This document shows positions 23,391 to 37,430 of a DNA stretch of 64,000 bases, in pieces; position 1 is the first letter of the stretch; every line of letters starts with the position of its first letter. This DNA comes from Callorhinchus milii (lineage: Eukaryota). The stretch is taken from contig NW_024704742.1 of assembly GCF_018977255.1 (NCBI RefSeq), positions 58,468,001 through 58,532,000 of the forward strand, written 5' to 3'. Under the pieces are notes generated by a model. It had not been told where the DNA came from and did no database searches. It saw nothing but the letters and a program-made list of their open reading frames with translations. Both the position numbers and the translations under genes were made by a program.

Positions 23391-26300
23391 GTTTTGTGGT
23401 TACTGCTGGACAGGATTTTATTTTTTAAAAAATGTATTAATTTTAGTCATTCTTGGGTTGTGAGCAACACTGGCAGAATCTGCAATCAAGAGGAGAAACT
23501 GTGACTTATATTTCCAAACCTAGCCAGATGCATAAAGGTCAAATTGTGTTGGGCCTTACTGGTTGAGATCAAGTAACTCAGCACCGACCAGGTATGAAAC
23601 CAGGTCTGCATGATTCTGCATCACACTATATGCGCTGTTTAAACCTCCTGAGATCTGTGTGTTGAGGATGTACACTTTGTATATTTTGGAAGTTTTTTTG
23701 TTTTAAAAAAAGCTTTTCATTTTCGTCCTATGTGCAATGAGACGTCTGCTGAAAGAGACACGTTATGATTAGTGTCCAACGCAGTTGCTAGCCAAGCAAG
23801 CTTCAGCCTGAGAAACCAGTTACCTGAGAAACTAGGTCAGCCGGGGAAGAGAGGGGATGTTGGTGGAGGGAGGGACAGAGAGAGATGAACTGCTGATTGA
23901 TAACCTGAAGATAGGATCGAACACTACAGAGCTGATTTTAAACCAGAGCACATGCTACAAACATTTCCTCTTTTAAAAGATAGCGGAAAAATAAAATTTA
24001 GTTGCAGAATAATTTCCAGTTGTTGACAGTAAAAAAAAATGCTGTGCCAGCAGGATCCCAGAAAGTTCAAATAATAGCTGGTCTTTTCAATGTGCTTTAA
24101 TAACATTTTATTGGCTGGTAAATCAGACCACATTGGGTGGTAGGATTTGCTTAATGCTAGTAGACGTTTGAACAACTCTTTGAGAGCCGCAATAAAATAC
24201 TGCATCAAAAATCATTTCCTATACATTTGTTTCCTTGTAGAGATTTAGAAACACAGTAATGTGATGCTGAGGGTTTGCCACAGATTTTGTAAAGATTTTT
24301 CTGTTGTTGAGCATTAAATCACTGCCCATCATATTAAGAAAGCTAACAAACACAATGTATTTTTCAGTTGATTTACAAAGTAGTGTGGATGAAGGCATGC
24401 TTTGTCGTTCAACGTTTGTTGAGAATCTGGAAATTACACATAAGTATTTTCTCAGGTGATAATAATCTTTGCATTTGATATAGTGCCTTATTACATCATT
24501 GATCCATCTCAAAGCTCTTCATAGACTATACTGTAAAATAAATTGACTGTATTTTATGGACAAAATGCAGCAGCCAATTGGTCACAGATATCCAGGGCAG
24601 AAAGATTTCTTTTAGCTTACTGAACCAGTTGCAGTGTTTCTCGCCCTGGTTTTTACAGCCCGTCTAAAAGGTTCAACCTCAGAACAGAACAAATCAGAAC
24701 ATTTTGCACATCGCTGCCGTGTGTGCTAAATTTAAGACTGACCATCCTGCCACAGTGCTCAGCATGCAGTCCCTGATCTGTGTAGGTAATAAAAACAGCA
24801 GCAACATCAAACTGACTCGAGATGCAAACATCATGTTCACTATGAATTATTTAGCAGTGCGAGTATGGTATTCTGACATTGAAGTTCTCCTTTGAAGACG
24901 AGAGAAGGAGCAATCTTCAGAGATGTCTTTTTATCATCACCTCCTGAAACAATTCAGTCTTGTTCCCACAGAGGGTGTGTACCATACACAGAGTCTGCTT
25001 TGACCCACAGCTCGTCACTTCCTGATTGTGTAGTTACACTGCTTGCAGTGCATAAAACATTCCATCTCCCTAAACCAAATCTGTGAGTGTCCACAAGAGA
25101 TAATGATAAATGTTAAGCAATTAAATTGGATGCTATCTCTGGATACTATCTGGATACTATTTGGGTTCTATCTTGCTTTCAATTTATGCATGTTCCAATA
25201 TATTGAGGCAAGGAATGAGTTTCTTAAGTGAAAGATGCTGCATCAAATACAAGAATTATTATCAAAGATTATTATTATACAGCCTGTGCACATCTACCGA
25301 GTCATAGTTTCATTGATTGTTGAATCCAGACCCCCTAAAAAACAACTAATTTTTATATAGCGTCCTTCACAATTGCATCTTGGCATCCCTGAAACCCAGT
25401 CTTCTGTACGTGAGCCTGGAAAAGGAGGCAACCAGCGGTGTACTGGTTGTTTCTGCAGGGAAATACATCAGCAATTTAGACAACAAGACCACACAGACAG
25501 TCATGAGATGAATGATCAATTAAACTGGAGAATTGTTGATCAGGCAAAACTCCCACTTTTGTTACCAATTAATAGATAAAGATTCAAGGTGCTTATTTGG
25601 ACCATTTATTGTTTTATAGGTTGCCTACAAATGTACATTCACTACACTTGAGAATAAAATCCTTGTTTAGCACTTTTAAGATGTTCTGGCAATCTTATAA
25701 AGCACTATATCAAATGCAATGATTTTTTTTTACAAGTTGGCTTTGCTACAAGGTTAGCCGAAGGCGAGTCACAGTAAAAATCCTATGAAGCACTTTGATG
25801 TGTCTCAGCGATGTGATAAAGCGCTATGTCATTGATAAAATGCAGGGATTAAAATAAGGTTATTCCCCAAAAAATACTTTTCACAAAATGGTACAGTACA
25901 TTGATATAAACTAGTTTTCAAAGCATCTTTCAAAATGTCAAGTGAAAGGTTGAAAGCTGCCAATTAGAGTTTATATTTTCATAGCAAATATTGATAGACT
26001 CAGTCAGTTCATGATCAGCAGCCTGTCAAATTTCCTCCCCATTCCCACTCAACGTTTTAAAGTTAATACTCAGATTGCTATTCTGTTTAGATCCCATCAA
26101 GGTGTAATGTGTTGCAAATGCTGGTTTTACAGCCATGCATGCTATAAGACCAGGTTCATACTCTGAACACACAGGGGAGCAGAAACCTCATAATATAATT
26201 TATTAATTTCTAATCAAACCCATCAGTTCGATGATTCATCCAAGGTGTGAAATAAAGTGTGATCTTCGCAATTGCTGCTGGAGCATCTATAGCCCTCCAT

Positions 26301-28039
26301 TTAGAAAATATCAAGTCTGAAACTGATATCAATAAGCCTACAGAGTCATTCAATAATGACTTCAATTATAAACATCTTCAATAAATTTTCCAAACATAAC
26401 TTGGTATTATCTGGCTCTGATTTCAAAATTAACTCTGCACTAGATTGGTGTCCGTTAACAGAACTGAAGATTAGTGCTGTTCTAAAAATAATAATTTGAA
26501 CACAGTACATTCAGTTATTCTGATATTGTATTATTGCCCATTGAAATATTGTTATAATTCCCTTTCAATTTTGTTGGTACAAAGGCCCCCCTATGTAGCA
26601 CCGCATCGCCTGCGGGTCCTGCTATCTGGAAGTATGATACACCTGATTTGGTGTATTTCCTAAAAAATTGACAATTTCCGGTTTATCAAATCATCATCGT
26701 ATCACTTCCTGCACGCTATGCGCAGGAAGCGTCACTGATGCCACTTCTTATGCAACTTCCTCAGCAGTCTCTCATTTCCCCCAGTCACTCAACCGTTTAG
26801 AGTTAATACTGAGATCATTTATTTATAAAAATCCCAGGTGTAATGTGTTGCCGAAATGCTGTTTGGTGTTACAGCTACAACAATAAATTGGTTTTATATA
26901 GCACCTTTCACTCGGGAGGACATCGCAAGGAACCTACTTGTGCTACAAGCCTAAATTCAGACTGTACCTGGAAATAAAATATTGTTTTGTGCCTCTTTTT
27001 ATAATGCAAACAAAGAGATATCGGACCCAGTCAACTAAGTTATAACAGGGTTTCCCGGTACTTTAATAATAATCCTTGGATTTGATATGGTATCTTTCAT
27101 GACTATGGTGGTTAGATGATCCATGATTGTCAAGTGATAAGGACACAATAAGTAATCTAGCCAGGAAGTGGAATGACCAGTGAAGGTTGCTGTTCCTGAT
27201 CACTATCCAGTGACTGCTGCTGCAAACTGTGTATGTGTGGAATTCAAGGAGGGAAGAAATGGTTTTAGGCTTAAGGCCAACACCTTAAAAATTACGATCA
27301 CGACAAGTATCCATAAGAGCACAGTTTCCAAAATAAGTCAAACTGTAGACTTTCAAGAGTCTGCACTTTCTTAAATTTTAAGATATTGCTTCTTAAAGAG
27401 GGGAGAAAATATAACATAATGGAATATTAATTCACGGATTGTTCGTGCACTTCTTTTTTTAAAAGTGATAAATCGGATAAATGACATTTCCACATTTGCT
27501 CCAAATAAGGCCTTGTTGAATTAATGTAACCCACTAAACAGCTTTGAAACAGGCTGTGACCGGCTTCTGGTGTACATTCACGTCACCCAACTGTGACCAT
27601 TACTTTTCTCCAAATAGCTGAGTTCCATAATTTTCAGCAAAAGAATCCTTCATGTCAGCACAGTCCATTATTACACCTGATTCATTCTGTAATTATTATG
27701 AAAAATTAGTGCCTTACAAGTCCCCTCAATAAAATATAAATGGGGCAACGAACAATATTTTATCGCCATTAGAATATTTATGACCGCTTCTTCTGGGTGT
27801 GAAAACATCTGCCATTTGCTGAGCTTGTCGTAAGAGCTAATCATGTCATTCATTCAATTAGTTGCAATTCACGTTAGAAAGTGATTGCCTGTCATTCAAA
27901 ATCCCGGGATAATATAAAGCATCCACTTATCTGCGCAAGAGTGAGTGGCACTGCCTTTATGCTCCTGATTTTTTTTCTTGGCGAATGCTCCGTGGGTCAG
28001 GATTCATTCGGTGACAAGATTTGTTTGAACGAAGAAGAC

Positions 28040-28200
28040 CCTTCGACCAATTTGATCTTGTCCTTCTAATGTACCCACCCTACTGTCCTCTCATTATAAC
28101 ATCAAGCTGTTTCTTAAATGAGTTCCGCATTCTAGCCTCAACTACCATTCCTGGTAACCTTTTTACATGTGTTAATAATCCTGTGGGTAAAGATTTTGCT
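28040..28200 (-). mobile_element. CR1 3' fragment
   Basis: Minus translation LPGMVVEARMRNSFKKQLDV resembles the CR1 ORF2 end. Confidence 0.65.
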
Positions 28201-28552
28201 GTGTAGCGACTGTGTATTTGTTGGCAAATGCAGCAGTTTGTGGGACATTGCTCTGTGCAAATTGGCTGCAGTGTTTGTCCACAAAACAGTCCACTCCACT
28301 GTGAAGGCATTCTCCTGATGTGAAAAGCGCTAAACCAAATGCAAGGATTATAAGGAGGATTATTATTAAAACATTTGTTTAAGAAATACCGTATGTTAGA
28401 CCCCATTATTGAGCATTCCGTAATAGACATATATACCATGTCAGTAAACAGAGAGATTTGTTGGCGCTGTTTCTATAATAGGACTTCCCACTGTAAACAG
28501 ATAATGCTAAGATTGTTACTTTACACAACTAATGCACCTCAATATATAACCT

Positions 28553-28800
28553 CTGATAGCTCAATCGGTAAAGTAACTGCTCTAGGTGAATCTGAAGCAA
28601 ACAAACTTGGAAGATCCCAAGTTAGATCCCTGAGCTTACTGATCCCAGCAACAGGTTCCCCTACAAACTGACTTCAGGGTCAATGAATAAAGATGGGGTG
28701 AAAAATCAGCCAGGATTCATGTTCTGATTACCAGCCAGTGGCAGTGTGGGTGAACATTGGGTGAGGAGAGATGTGAGGCTCAGTGTGATGTTTCCCATGG
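28553..28800 (+). mobile_element. Third, old tRNA-headed SINE family; relatives at about 13040-13290 (-), 27170-27270 (+), 32525-32720 (+)
   Basis: atagctcaatcggtaaa A-box-like head; shared body gaaaaatcagccagg...ttc(c)tgat...ccagtg...ggctcagtgtgatg. Confidence 0.6.
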
Positions 28801-29647
28801 TTATATAGCTAATATGGGTTATATAGATGAGCTCACATTCAAGAATGCCCATTTGGAGTCGGTTAAAGAGGGTGGCTTGTCTCTGTGGGACTATAACCAG
28901 CAAAGAGTCAACATTCTCAGGACAGGAAAAGAGAAACATGGATCTGGAAAATATGTTAGTCATTCGCCCTGTCAGTGAACGCAAAATGTCAGACATGCCT
29001 CACAGCAACTTGTTAAGATCTGGCAATATGATAGTGGCAGCTGTGCTGTGTAACACTCCACAGAAATGGGAGTTGGACTCCAAGGTTGCAGGCCAGAATG
29101 CTCAGCGCATTCTGGATTGAGGTTCAAATAGCTTATTTTCTTGTGCAAATTTTATGCATGGCGTTATATTGCCAGATTTTACCTAATACGCTAATTGGAG
29201 TTCCAACAAAGTAATGCTGCTGAAAACTGCTCATTTAAATGGAAAATAAAATTAGTGGATTTATAGCAGGAACATTATTTCTACTCAGTGGGGTAGGTTT
29301 GATAACAGTGTTTTTAAGAATGATTGCCCGCCTGGACCCAATTGAATTACTCCATTCTGACAAGTTAGTGAAAGGCAAATTGAAGTTCTGCCTCGTTTGA
29401 GTGGTTTTAATGCACGTAATTAAAATTGATCGCTTTCTGAAAATAGTCTTTGTAACACATTGAGATTGTTTTCCCTCTCCTGCGTTTCTCAGATGTGCAA
29501 GAGTACAAGACCCAGCGAATGAGTCCTACATCCATTGGCAACAGCTCCTAGCACTCTTGATCGTTTCAGTAAATTGTATCCACCGCACAAGATTGAGAAA
29601 ATTAAAAAGAAACAAATGTGAATGCTGGATATTGAAATAATAAATAA

Positions 29648-29932
29648 TAAATAATAATAATGATCTTATATCTTATTTGATATAGTGCCTTTTGGGATCC
29701 GTCACAGGATTTTACTGTGAAGTGTAGCGACTGTATTTTCCAGGTGAACGCAGCAGCCAATTTGGACACAGCAATGTCAGTACAGACATTCATAAAATGA
29801 ATATCCTCATTTTATTTGGGGATTGTTGGCCAGGACACTGGGTAAATTCCATTCTCTTTTTGAATAGCGCCACAGGATCATTAACATCTACCTGAACAAG
29901 CAAATGGTACCTCGGTTTAACATCTCATCCAA
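29648..29932 (-). mobile_element. DeuSINE-like copy
   Basis: (aat)n tail...gcagccaatttggacacagcaatgtc...ctcggtttaacatctcatcc. Confidence 0.8.
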
Positions 29933-30328
29933 CAATTATGAATTTGAGGGGTAAATCTCTTTAATTTTCCTCCTACTCTTGAAGCCAATCCCAAACTGTG
30001 GCTCAGGTTGATTCACCAACTTCTGTCTTACACATGTGTCACTGTAATATATCCTTAGGTGGCATGAAAATTAAAATTGCATGTGCTTCTGAACAGAACT
30101 ATTGCTTAGATAAGGATCTCCATGTTGGGGAAAGAGGTCAACTTGCATCAAACAAACCGCCCAATGGAAAACTGAAACTTTCAATGACTAAACACTTCAA
30201 AGCTACAGAGCCAGGTTAATGAGGCAGAGCTGCTATGAATAAGATCAACAAATCTGCTGATTCTTGCCCATCTATATCAAATGGTACAGATGGCCAGTGC
30301 TTTTCAACATTCAAATACAGTAACTTAC

Positions 30329-30472
30329 CATTTTGAACATCTAAAACGTGGTGCTTGTTGATTGACCAGCCGCCCATGTTTGAAGCATCCAGTTCGTAAC
30401 CCTGGAGAATAGCCGTTCTCTTCTCCCAGAGGATACGATCCAGGCAGGATTCATATTCATAACCAACAGAAA
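30329..30472 (-). CDS. TENM3: Teneurin-3 coding exon ([12 protein letters not shown]...HHVLDVQN)
   Basis: Acceptor cgctag|TTTCTGTT, donor AATG|gtaagt; 144 nt, phase 1 to 1. Confidence 0.96.
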
Positions 30473-31794
30473 CTAGCGGGGGAAAAAGATCATTATTGAA
30501 CAAATAATATTTTGTGCAAACTTTATAGAAACTAAAACATGACATGATAAAAACACAACTAAAACAGATATATTCAACTAGAATTTCTCCTGGTTAAATA
30601 GCACTGTGCTCCTGGTACATGTTGGCATTTCAAAATAAAAACACGCTGGTTTGTTTCTTATTTTTTCACCTCTTTGATCTATGTTATTATAATGAAGACA
30701 AGCTAGCCAGCCACTGTTGTGTCCCGAGGCTGCTCTATTTGCCTGCGTTAAACCAAATGCATCTCAAGATCACAAGATAGGTTCAGGTAAGGAGGCACTT
30801 CAGTTATTTGATCTCATCCTTCCAGAATTCAAATCCACTACATAGCAGGAGGAAAAGATCAATTTGGACCCATGCCTGTCCCTTTTACAATGTTCCGAGA
30901 ACCACCTTCCTGACTCACAGGAACTCGCTTCATGTTAGTGCACCAATTTGCTGTCCAAATGAATAGTTCTCAATTACACTGAAGACTGGAGATTGTGGGT
31001 CCTAGCCTCCAAGAGCTCCAACACATGAATAATGTAAACCCATTTAATTTGATGCCTGTTTTGTTTTCCAGGAACAGGCCTCAAACTTGCTTTGCAGCCC
31101 ATATTTTCACACAAAAGCTAAGGGTTGTACTTATCCAACCCATGACAGTGAAGGTAAGTTTTTATTTGATTTATTTATCACGCAAAAACATCCGAACGTC
31201 GATGTAGCAGAAATTGAATGGCTGCAAAAGATACTGGTCACACAGTATAAAGATTGTTAATCATACAATACTATGGATCAGCTTCCGGCTGAGTTCATTC
31301 ATGCCTTCCATTGTTCTTTGGTCAATGATTCCCTAGATTCATCAAACCTCATCTAGAATTGTCTGCCTAACTGCAACCAAAGAAAATGATCGAGCCAGAC
31401 AGCTGTGGGAACTTGACAGAGAGGTACAGCATTGCAGCAGTAAATCGATTAAAGTCTTCAAAAAAATACTTGAATAGACTTTCATCACCATGAGTTTTGT
31501 CTTCTCTGAAAAGGTGCAACGTCTCTTTGGTTCTGCAATCTCAATATTCTGTTCGCGAGTTCTGCAGTATACAATTGTCTGATTTGAAAAGACAGCTACT
31601 CAGTTAAAAATATTAAGATCGCCACAGAGATTCTGCAGGCTAGATTCTCAAAGTTCATGCCATTAATTAACATAAATGAGGAAAAAAGGCTCTTTTACAT
31701 AGCTTTAGGTAATGCTGCAGGGATCTGGGGAAACAGATTTTTTAAAAAATCGACATTATGACTTTTCACAGGAGAAGTTCTCCATCGAACTTAC

Positions 31795-32062
31795 CCACGG
31801 CCTCAGACAAGCCGTAGACTTTTTGGTTGTAGGCATCGGTTTTATCCCATGTGAAGATGTACGATAGGTTTGGTGACGCTGGGAACCATTTCTGGAACAG
31901 TCGGCCCACTACGGCCACCATCAGGTGAATCTTCATCAGGTTGAAAGGGATCGCATTCTGGGACATGGTGACTTTCAGAACTGGTTTGTACCCAGCAGCG
32001 CGTGAACTCAAGTAGGTAAGCTGCAAATCCGTGCCAGGAATCTCCGTCTCTTCATGAAGCAC
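31795..32062 (-). CDS. TENM3: Teneurin-3 coding exon ([13 protein letters not shown]...VYGLSEAV)
   Basis: Acceptor cgctag|GTGCTT, donor GTGG|gtaagt; 268 nt, phase 0 to 1. Confidence 0.96.
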
Positions 32063-33983
32063 CTAGCGGGTATCAAGTGAGACTTTGTTTACAGCAAAAG
32101 CAAAGGCCATGACTACGCACACAATCACTGGGGAGGTTTTAATCCAAAAATCACTTATTACATAGCTTTCATTTCAACTGTGATTTCTCAAGGGCAGGGA
32201 TTACCTGCACTCCATTAAACAGTACAGATGGGGCTGTCGATATGGAACGGGGAAATTTGATTGAAGAATGTAATTATGTCTGCACACAGTGCCGTGAAGT
32301 TTATATTGTATCACAGACCACAGGTGTGTGAACGTAAACCTTTTAATAAAATAAGTCATCAGGGTATGGTGGCGTGGTGATACCGCATGTTGGAGCATGA
32401 ATTGACTACGTGGCACCACGGCGCAGGAGGATGCAGGTGTAATCCTCTCTCATTCAGTCCAGCACCTTGGGATGTCCTCCCGCCGTGAAAGGCACTATAC
32501 AAATGTAATTTTGTATTGTATTGACTGAGTTCCCAATCTCAGCCTTGCTGGTGAAGTGCATATGTGTTAAGCAGAGGCCTAGCACCTCCTTACTATGGAG
32601 GTAAGAGGAGAAAGAGAGTGAAAAATCACAAGGGGAGCATTATTTTCATGCTACTGTTGTCCAATTTCTAACAGCTGGCTGGGAATGGTACTAGCACAGA
32701 TAGGCAACATGTTATCCGCATGGTCCTCAGTCACAATGCATGAACGACTCAAGCAGATGAGGGAGAGAACGGAGGAATATAATGTCAAACATAATCACAC
32801 ATTATATTGTGTGTGATCATAGGTAAGGAGCTGGATCATGTCATTAGCAGATAAATCCTCTATCTTTTCTTCATTTCATAAATCACAATATTTTAATACT
32901 CATGTAAACTAACTACTTCTACTGTTATATGTGATCCTCTACTACTTTATTTTCTCAACCTCAGTGGTGTCCTGCGCTACAGTACATGATCTTTCACTCA
33001 TTTCTTTCAGTAAACAAAAGATCCTGGCTGTCCATCACCCCACTGCAAAGCTTGAACTATATTGTGTGGCTTCATGGCATTAGAACATTATTAGCCACAC
33101 CAGAGTTCATAACTTTTCTTTCTTTCGTGAGATGGAGCTACCTTTTCGCTCAGAGAGTGATTTGGCTGTAAAAGATTTGTCAAGTACTTGGCGAAGGACT
33201 TACAGTCAGCAGAGACTAAGCAAAGCTAACACAGTCTTTATCAAGTGGAGTTGTCTTAATGTTTTCATTATTTTTCACTGATTTTTGTGGTCTTTAAAGT
33301 CGAAGGATGTCAATTCTGTGGGATAGTGGATTTGCTCTATTTTGTTTACTTACTAAAGCACAAGTCATATACAGTACAAGACTCACTCTTACACTACGTA
33401 AATGATGCACCTTAAATCGTGAGCTCAGTGTAACGTTTTTATGGTTCCGACAACAACCAATTGATCTATTTTCCTATGGGGTCAATTGGAAGATAGAGCA
33501 TTCCTAATTTCTTGTGCATAATTGACAGTGAAAGTGTTACCGAGCTCCCAGGTACTGAACCGGAACAGATTCTTGCAACCCTTGTCAACTACTGAATCAT
33601 GAATGGGGTCATAGTGAAACAATTGCCTGGTTTCTTCAGGTGGGATTATAGCTCACGTTCCCACCATGTGATCACATTTACATGATGTGCATCAAAACGA
33701 TCATTTCACTGGGATTTGTTTTGTTTGTGACAGGTAAGCAACTTGACAGAATTCAGATTCGGGAAAATTGTCCTATATTATAAAGTGAAGTAGGATACAA
33801 GAAAATTCATCCTAGTTCATCAGATTCCAAATTAATTTTAAACGTGAGTGAGGCAACAAACTTAGTGCCAAATCATGGCAGTTTTGACTTGTGGACTGAT
33901 GCCTTAAGTGTCTAATTTCACGTAGGGTCGTTCTAGTCAGCCAGCAGGGAAAGGAGGTGAATTTGATAAAAAGCGTTGGATAC

Positions 33984-34245
33984 CTGTGTTTCAGGAATAA
34001 TGGGGCTCTCTGAAGGAGATGAACGGAAAAAGGTGGATAAAGGAGAGGCCAAGATGATGGGATTTGGCCTCACAAATCCACTCAAGTCACAGCTGGGAAT
34101 TTCGTTCTCTTCCTTCTTCATGACCATAGTGTCCATAACATAAAAAACGTTCCATGGAATCCACACTGTGCGATATTGGGTAATGAACGGAACACGTTCA
34201 AAGCTAAGGGTTAGAGAGGCACCGCCATTTGCCACCAAGTCGAAC
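33984..34245 (-). CDS. TENM3: Teneurin-3 coding exon ([13 protein letters not shown]...SPIIPETQ)
   Basis: Acceptor ttcag|GTTCGAC, donor CAG|gtatcc; 262 nt, phase 2 to 0. Confidence 0.96.
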
Positions 34246-34464
34246 CTGAACATAAGGAGCAATGAGAATAGAAAATCAATACTTTGCCAGAGACAACCTG
34301 CATCACATAACAGAATATACAGTGCACCAATACCTAGTAACATTCCATTACAATTATCTTTAGAGAGGTGGAGTGGGTGGGTCGGGGGGTGGCACGATCA
34401 ATTTCCTGGTGGATTAATCAATTACCTGGTTTGAATTGGGGTGGGGGGGGGGGGTGGGGAAACT

Positions 34465-34965
34465 CCTCTTAGGTGTGTTTGCAGGTCTGGTCACCATTTT
34501 ACAAGAAGGATATTGTAGCATTGGAGAAAGGTCTGTGTAGATTTACAAGGATTTCATTAATTACAGTTAAGGGATACGGCTAAGATTGGACAGGTTGGAT
34601 CTTTTCTTTCTGGAGATGAGACCCGACAAATGTGCTTGTGAATTATAAAAGGATTAAATAAGGCAGATGTTGTTTCCCCTTGTTGGTGAATCCAAAACAA
34701 GGGAACATAAATGTAAGCTAGTCAGCTGCAAATCTAAAAGGGAGTTTAGGCGGAACCTCTTTACGCAGACGGTGATGGGAATCTGGAACTCACGCCGTGA
34801 GCGGTGGATGAATCAAAAATCATCTATGTATTTATGAAGAAATGATGAAAGAAATGATAGTAGACAGGTACAGGACAGGGGTGTGTGGATCAATAGTGTA
34901 TAAACACAGACTAATTGGGCTGCATAGACTGTTTCCGTGCTGCAAAGTTCTTTGTAATTCTATGC
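34465..34965 (+). mobile_element. Older CR1 3' fragment
   Basis: Colinear similarity to 17620-18160 (caggtctggtcaccatttt...ttacgcagacggtgatgggaatctggaactcac...aattctatg). Confidence 0.8.
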
Positions 34966-36493
34966 AAAATTATGGAAAAGGATTTCTCTCTGGCTGCTCT
35001 CTGTTCCTTCCTGCATTCTACTTAGTTGAAAATTGGATAACTTGCTCCTAATGGGAAGGGGAGAGGGGGAAACTGTGAGCGAATGTATTGCCGAACACTG
35101 ACAAGCCTCAACATTTAAATATAGGCTCAGCATAATAAAACTGTCATTTGTTACCGACGATTGGAAAAAAACATAGTATTTAAAATTGTGGTCTAATTAC
35201 AGGCAAATCCATTAGTGCCACAATATTTTGATCAGTGCGTGGGAAGAATGGCTGCAGGCTGCACTTCCAGAGGAATTTAGAAAATAATATCATTTTTTAA
35301 AAATCTATTGTCTTGAGTCCAGTGCCAGCTGGAAGAGGAGATGGCTGCTCTTTATGCTTCGCTTTGTGTCAAACTTCACATTGCATTCGAACAAAAGACA
35401 CTTTTTTGTTGTTCTCCGTGCGAGGTTTTAAAATGAGAAAAAACACAAATTTTTAACTTGTAAATACAGATAGGTTTGTATTTAGCTGAAAATCTTCCTG
35501 ACTTTCCAGCTTCCCAGCAGTGTGAAATGAAGATCAAATGCATCTGCCACAGAAATCTTGCAGTAATACAAAGGACTGTATCCGATATTCCCTGAAGCAA
35601 ATAATATTGATGCCTTTGCACAAATCCAAACCTGACAATTTCAGTTTGAAATCTCTGAAACTCATCTATTCATATCTGTTGATGAAATACTTCTCCAAAT
35701 ACCAAGAAAGTGAATCCCAGGATTTACTATCCTATTGATAGGTTCACACAGACGTGGGGTATTAAAATAACAGTTGAAAATACTCATCAATGCAAATGAA
35801 CTTTAACACAATATTTGTTCTATTTTCTTAAAAAAATGTTCTGGAACGATAATAGCAACAACTTGCACTTACAATAATCCGTAAATTTGGTTTACTTTTC
35901 ACATCAGGGAGATGTCTCCAAGCACTTCACAGAATAAACTGCACAGTTTTTTTTTGTATGGGCAAACACAAACAGTCATTTTGCACATAGCAATTTTCCA
36001 CAATGTCCCACCATAAAGTGAATGACCAATTTTATTTGAGGGATTGTCGGCCAGGAAACTGAGAGAAACTCACTTCTCTCCCTCATATGGTGTCCTTTAT
36101 GTAGGATATCATCTGGCAGTGCTTAACAATGAACGGGTTGGATGTTTAGCAAAGGAGAAAGGAAAGGGGTTGGGTGAATAGGAAAATGACCATACCTGTG
36201 GTCGAAGAGATAGGTTTTCATACAGCAATTAAGAAAGCAGACAGAGAGAGCATTGGCTGAGGGGTGAAAGAATAAGTTTCCAGAGATTCACCATGAAGTA
36301 ACTGAAGGTTCAGCCACCAATTGTTGGGGTAGGGGCAGGATATGCACTGAAGTCCCAAGTGAGTCAAGCAGATCAATAGGACTGATATCACTATTCCCAA
36401 CTGAGCACGTATCTTGTGTTAGGTATATCTAGCTGTTGTATTATTGCTGTCGGGTCGAATCAGGGTTTAATCTGAACCCATGTGCAAACTCAC

Positions 36494-36613
36494 ATGCCAT
36501 CATGCCGGGTGATGGTATAGCCATACTGTGGGTAGTGCAGAAAGGACACATTCACTCCAATGAGAGGGGTTCCATCTGCAGTAAGCACCTGTCCTCTGAT
36601 GACAGAGCCAAGG
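36494..36613 (-). CDS. TENM3: Teneurin-3 coding exon ([41 protein letters not shown]); this frame is absent from the ORF track
   Basis: Hand-translated; acceptor ccacag|CCTTGGC, donor GCAT|gtgagt; 120 nt, phase 2 to 2. Confidence 0.95.
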
Positions 36614-37059
36614 CTGTGGAGAGAGAGAAATAAAACAACAAAAGCATCAGTAGAGTTTCAATTCTAGATTGTGAGCAGGCGTGTTCTATCAGATTATGCT
36701 GTTTAGCAAAAAGGCCATTAAAAATATAGAGCCAAGGACACTTTGATTGCTCTAAGGGCATTTATCTTCATTAAACACCCCTAATTTTGTTTCAGATCCT
36801 TTGATTTATTGCAGGGATTCCCTTGACATTTTATTACGATCAATAATTTTATGATCCACGCTTCAGATTCATAAAGTATACAACTTCTTTAAATCTATGT
36901 TTTGTGTTTACACACAGCTTATTTTTCATCAAAGTTTTTTAATTAATAGTGATAAAGCTCGCAGAGGACAGCAAGGGGAAAATTTATAGAATTTCGGGTG
37001 AGGAGAGGCGGACAGGAATGTTACATTTTAAACCTGAAGAAAGTGCAGAAGCTAAAATA

Positions 37060-37430
37060 GAACAACAATTTACATAACATCGTTCACATTGCAAGGACAT
37101 CTCAAAGCATGTCATACAGTCGACTGGGAGCTTGTCCAAGGGAGGAGAACAGTTGAGGGGAGGTGGCAGTGGTCGAGGGGAAAGGGTTAAATATAGACAG
37201 AATTGTGGTGGTTGAAAAGGTAGTTCTTAAGGTGGGTTCTGAAGGCGGGGAGGGGGCAATGCAGAGGGTCTCCAAGATAAATGCCAGGAGATGGTGGCAA
37301 AATGTCTGAAAGCTCACCCACTACTGGTGGGATAAGGCGAGCACGACATGAAGCAGCCCAGTGTTTGTTGAGCAGTAGGGTTGTAGAAGGTCAAATAAGT
37401 CGGGTGAGGCAGGGCCGTGGATGGTATTTT
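37060..37430 (-). mobile_element. Degenerate L2 3' fragment
   Basis: Same layout as 3390-3790: tail, then purine-rich plus strand. Confidence 0.6.

Noticed and set aside
34437..34460. G-run (and C-run at about 39765-39790) as functional G-quadruplexes
   Set aside because: Low-complexity runs with no supporting evidence, and prone to assembly error
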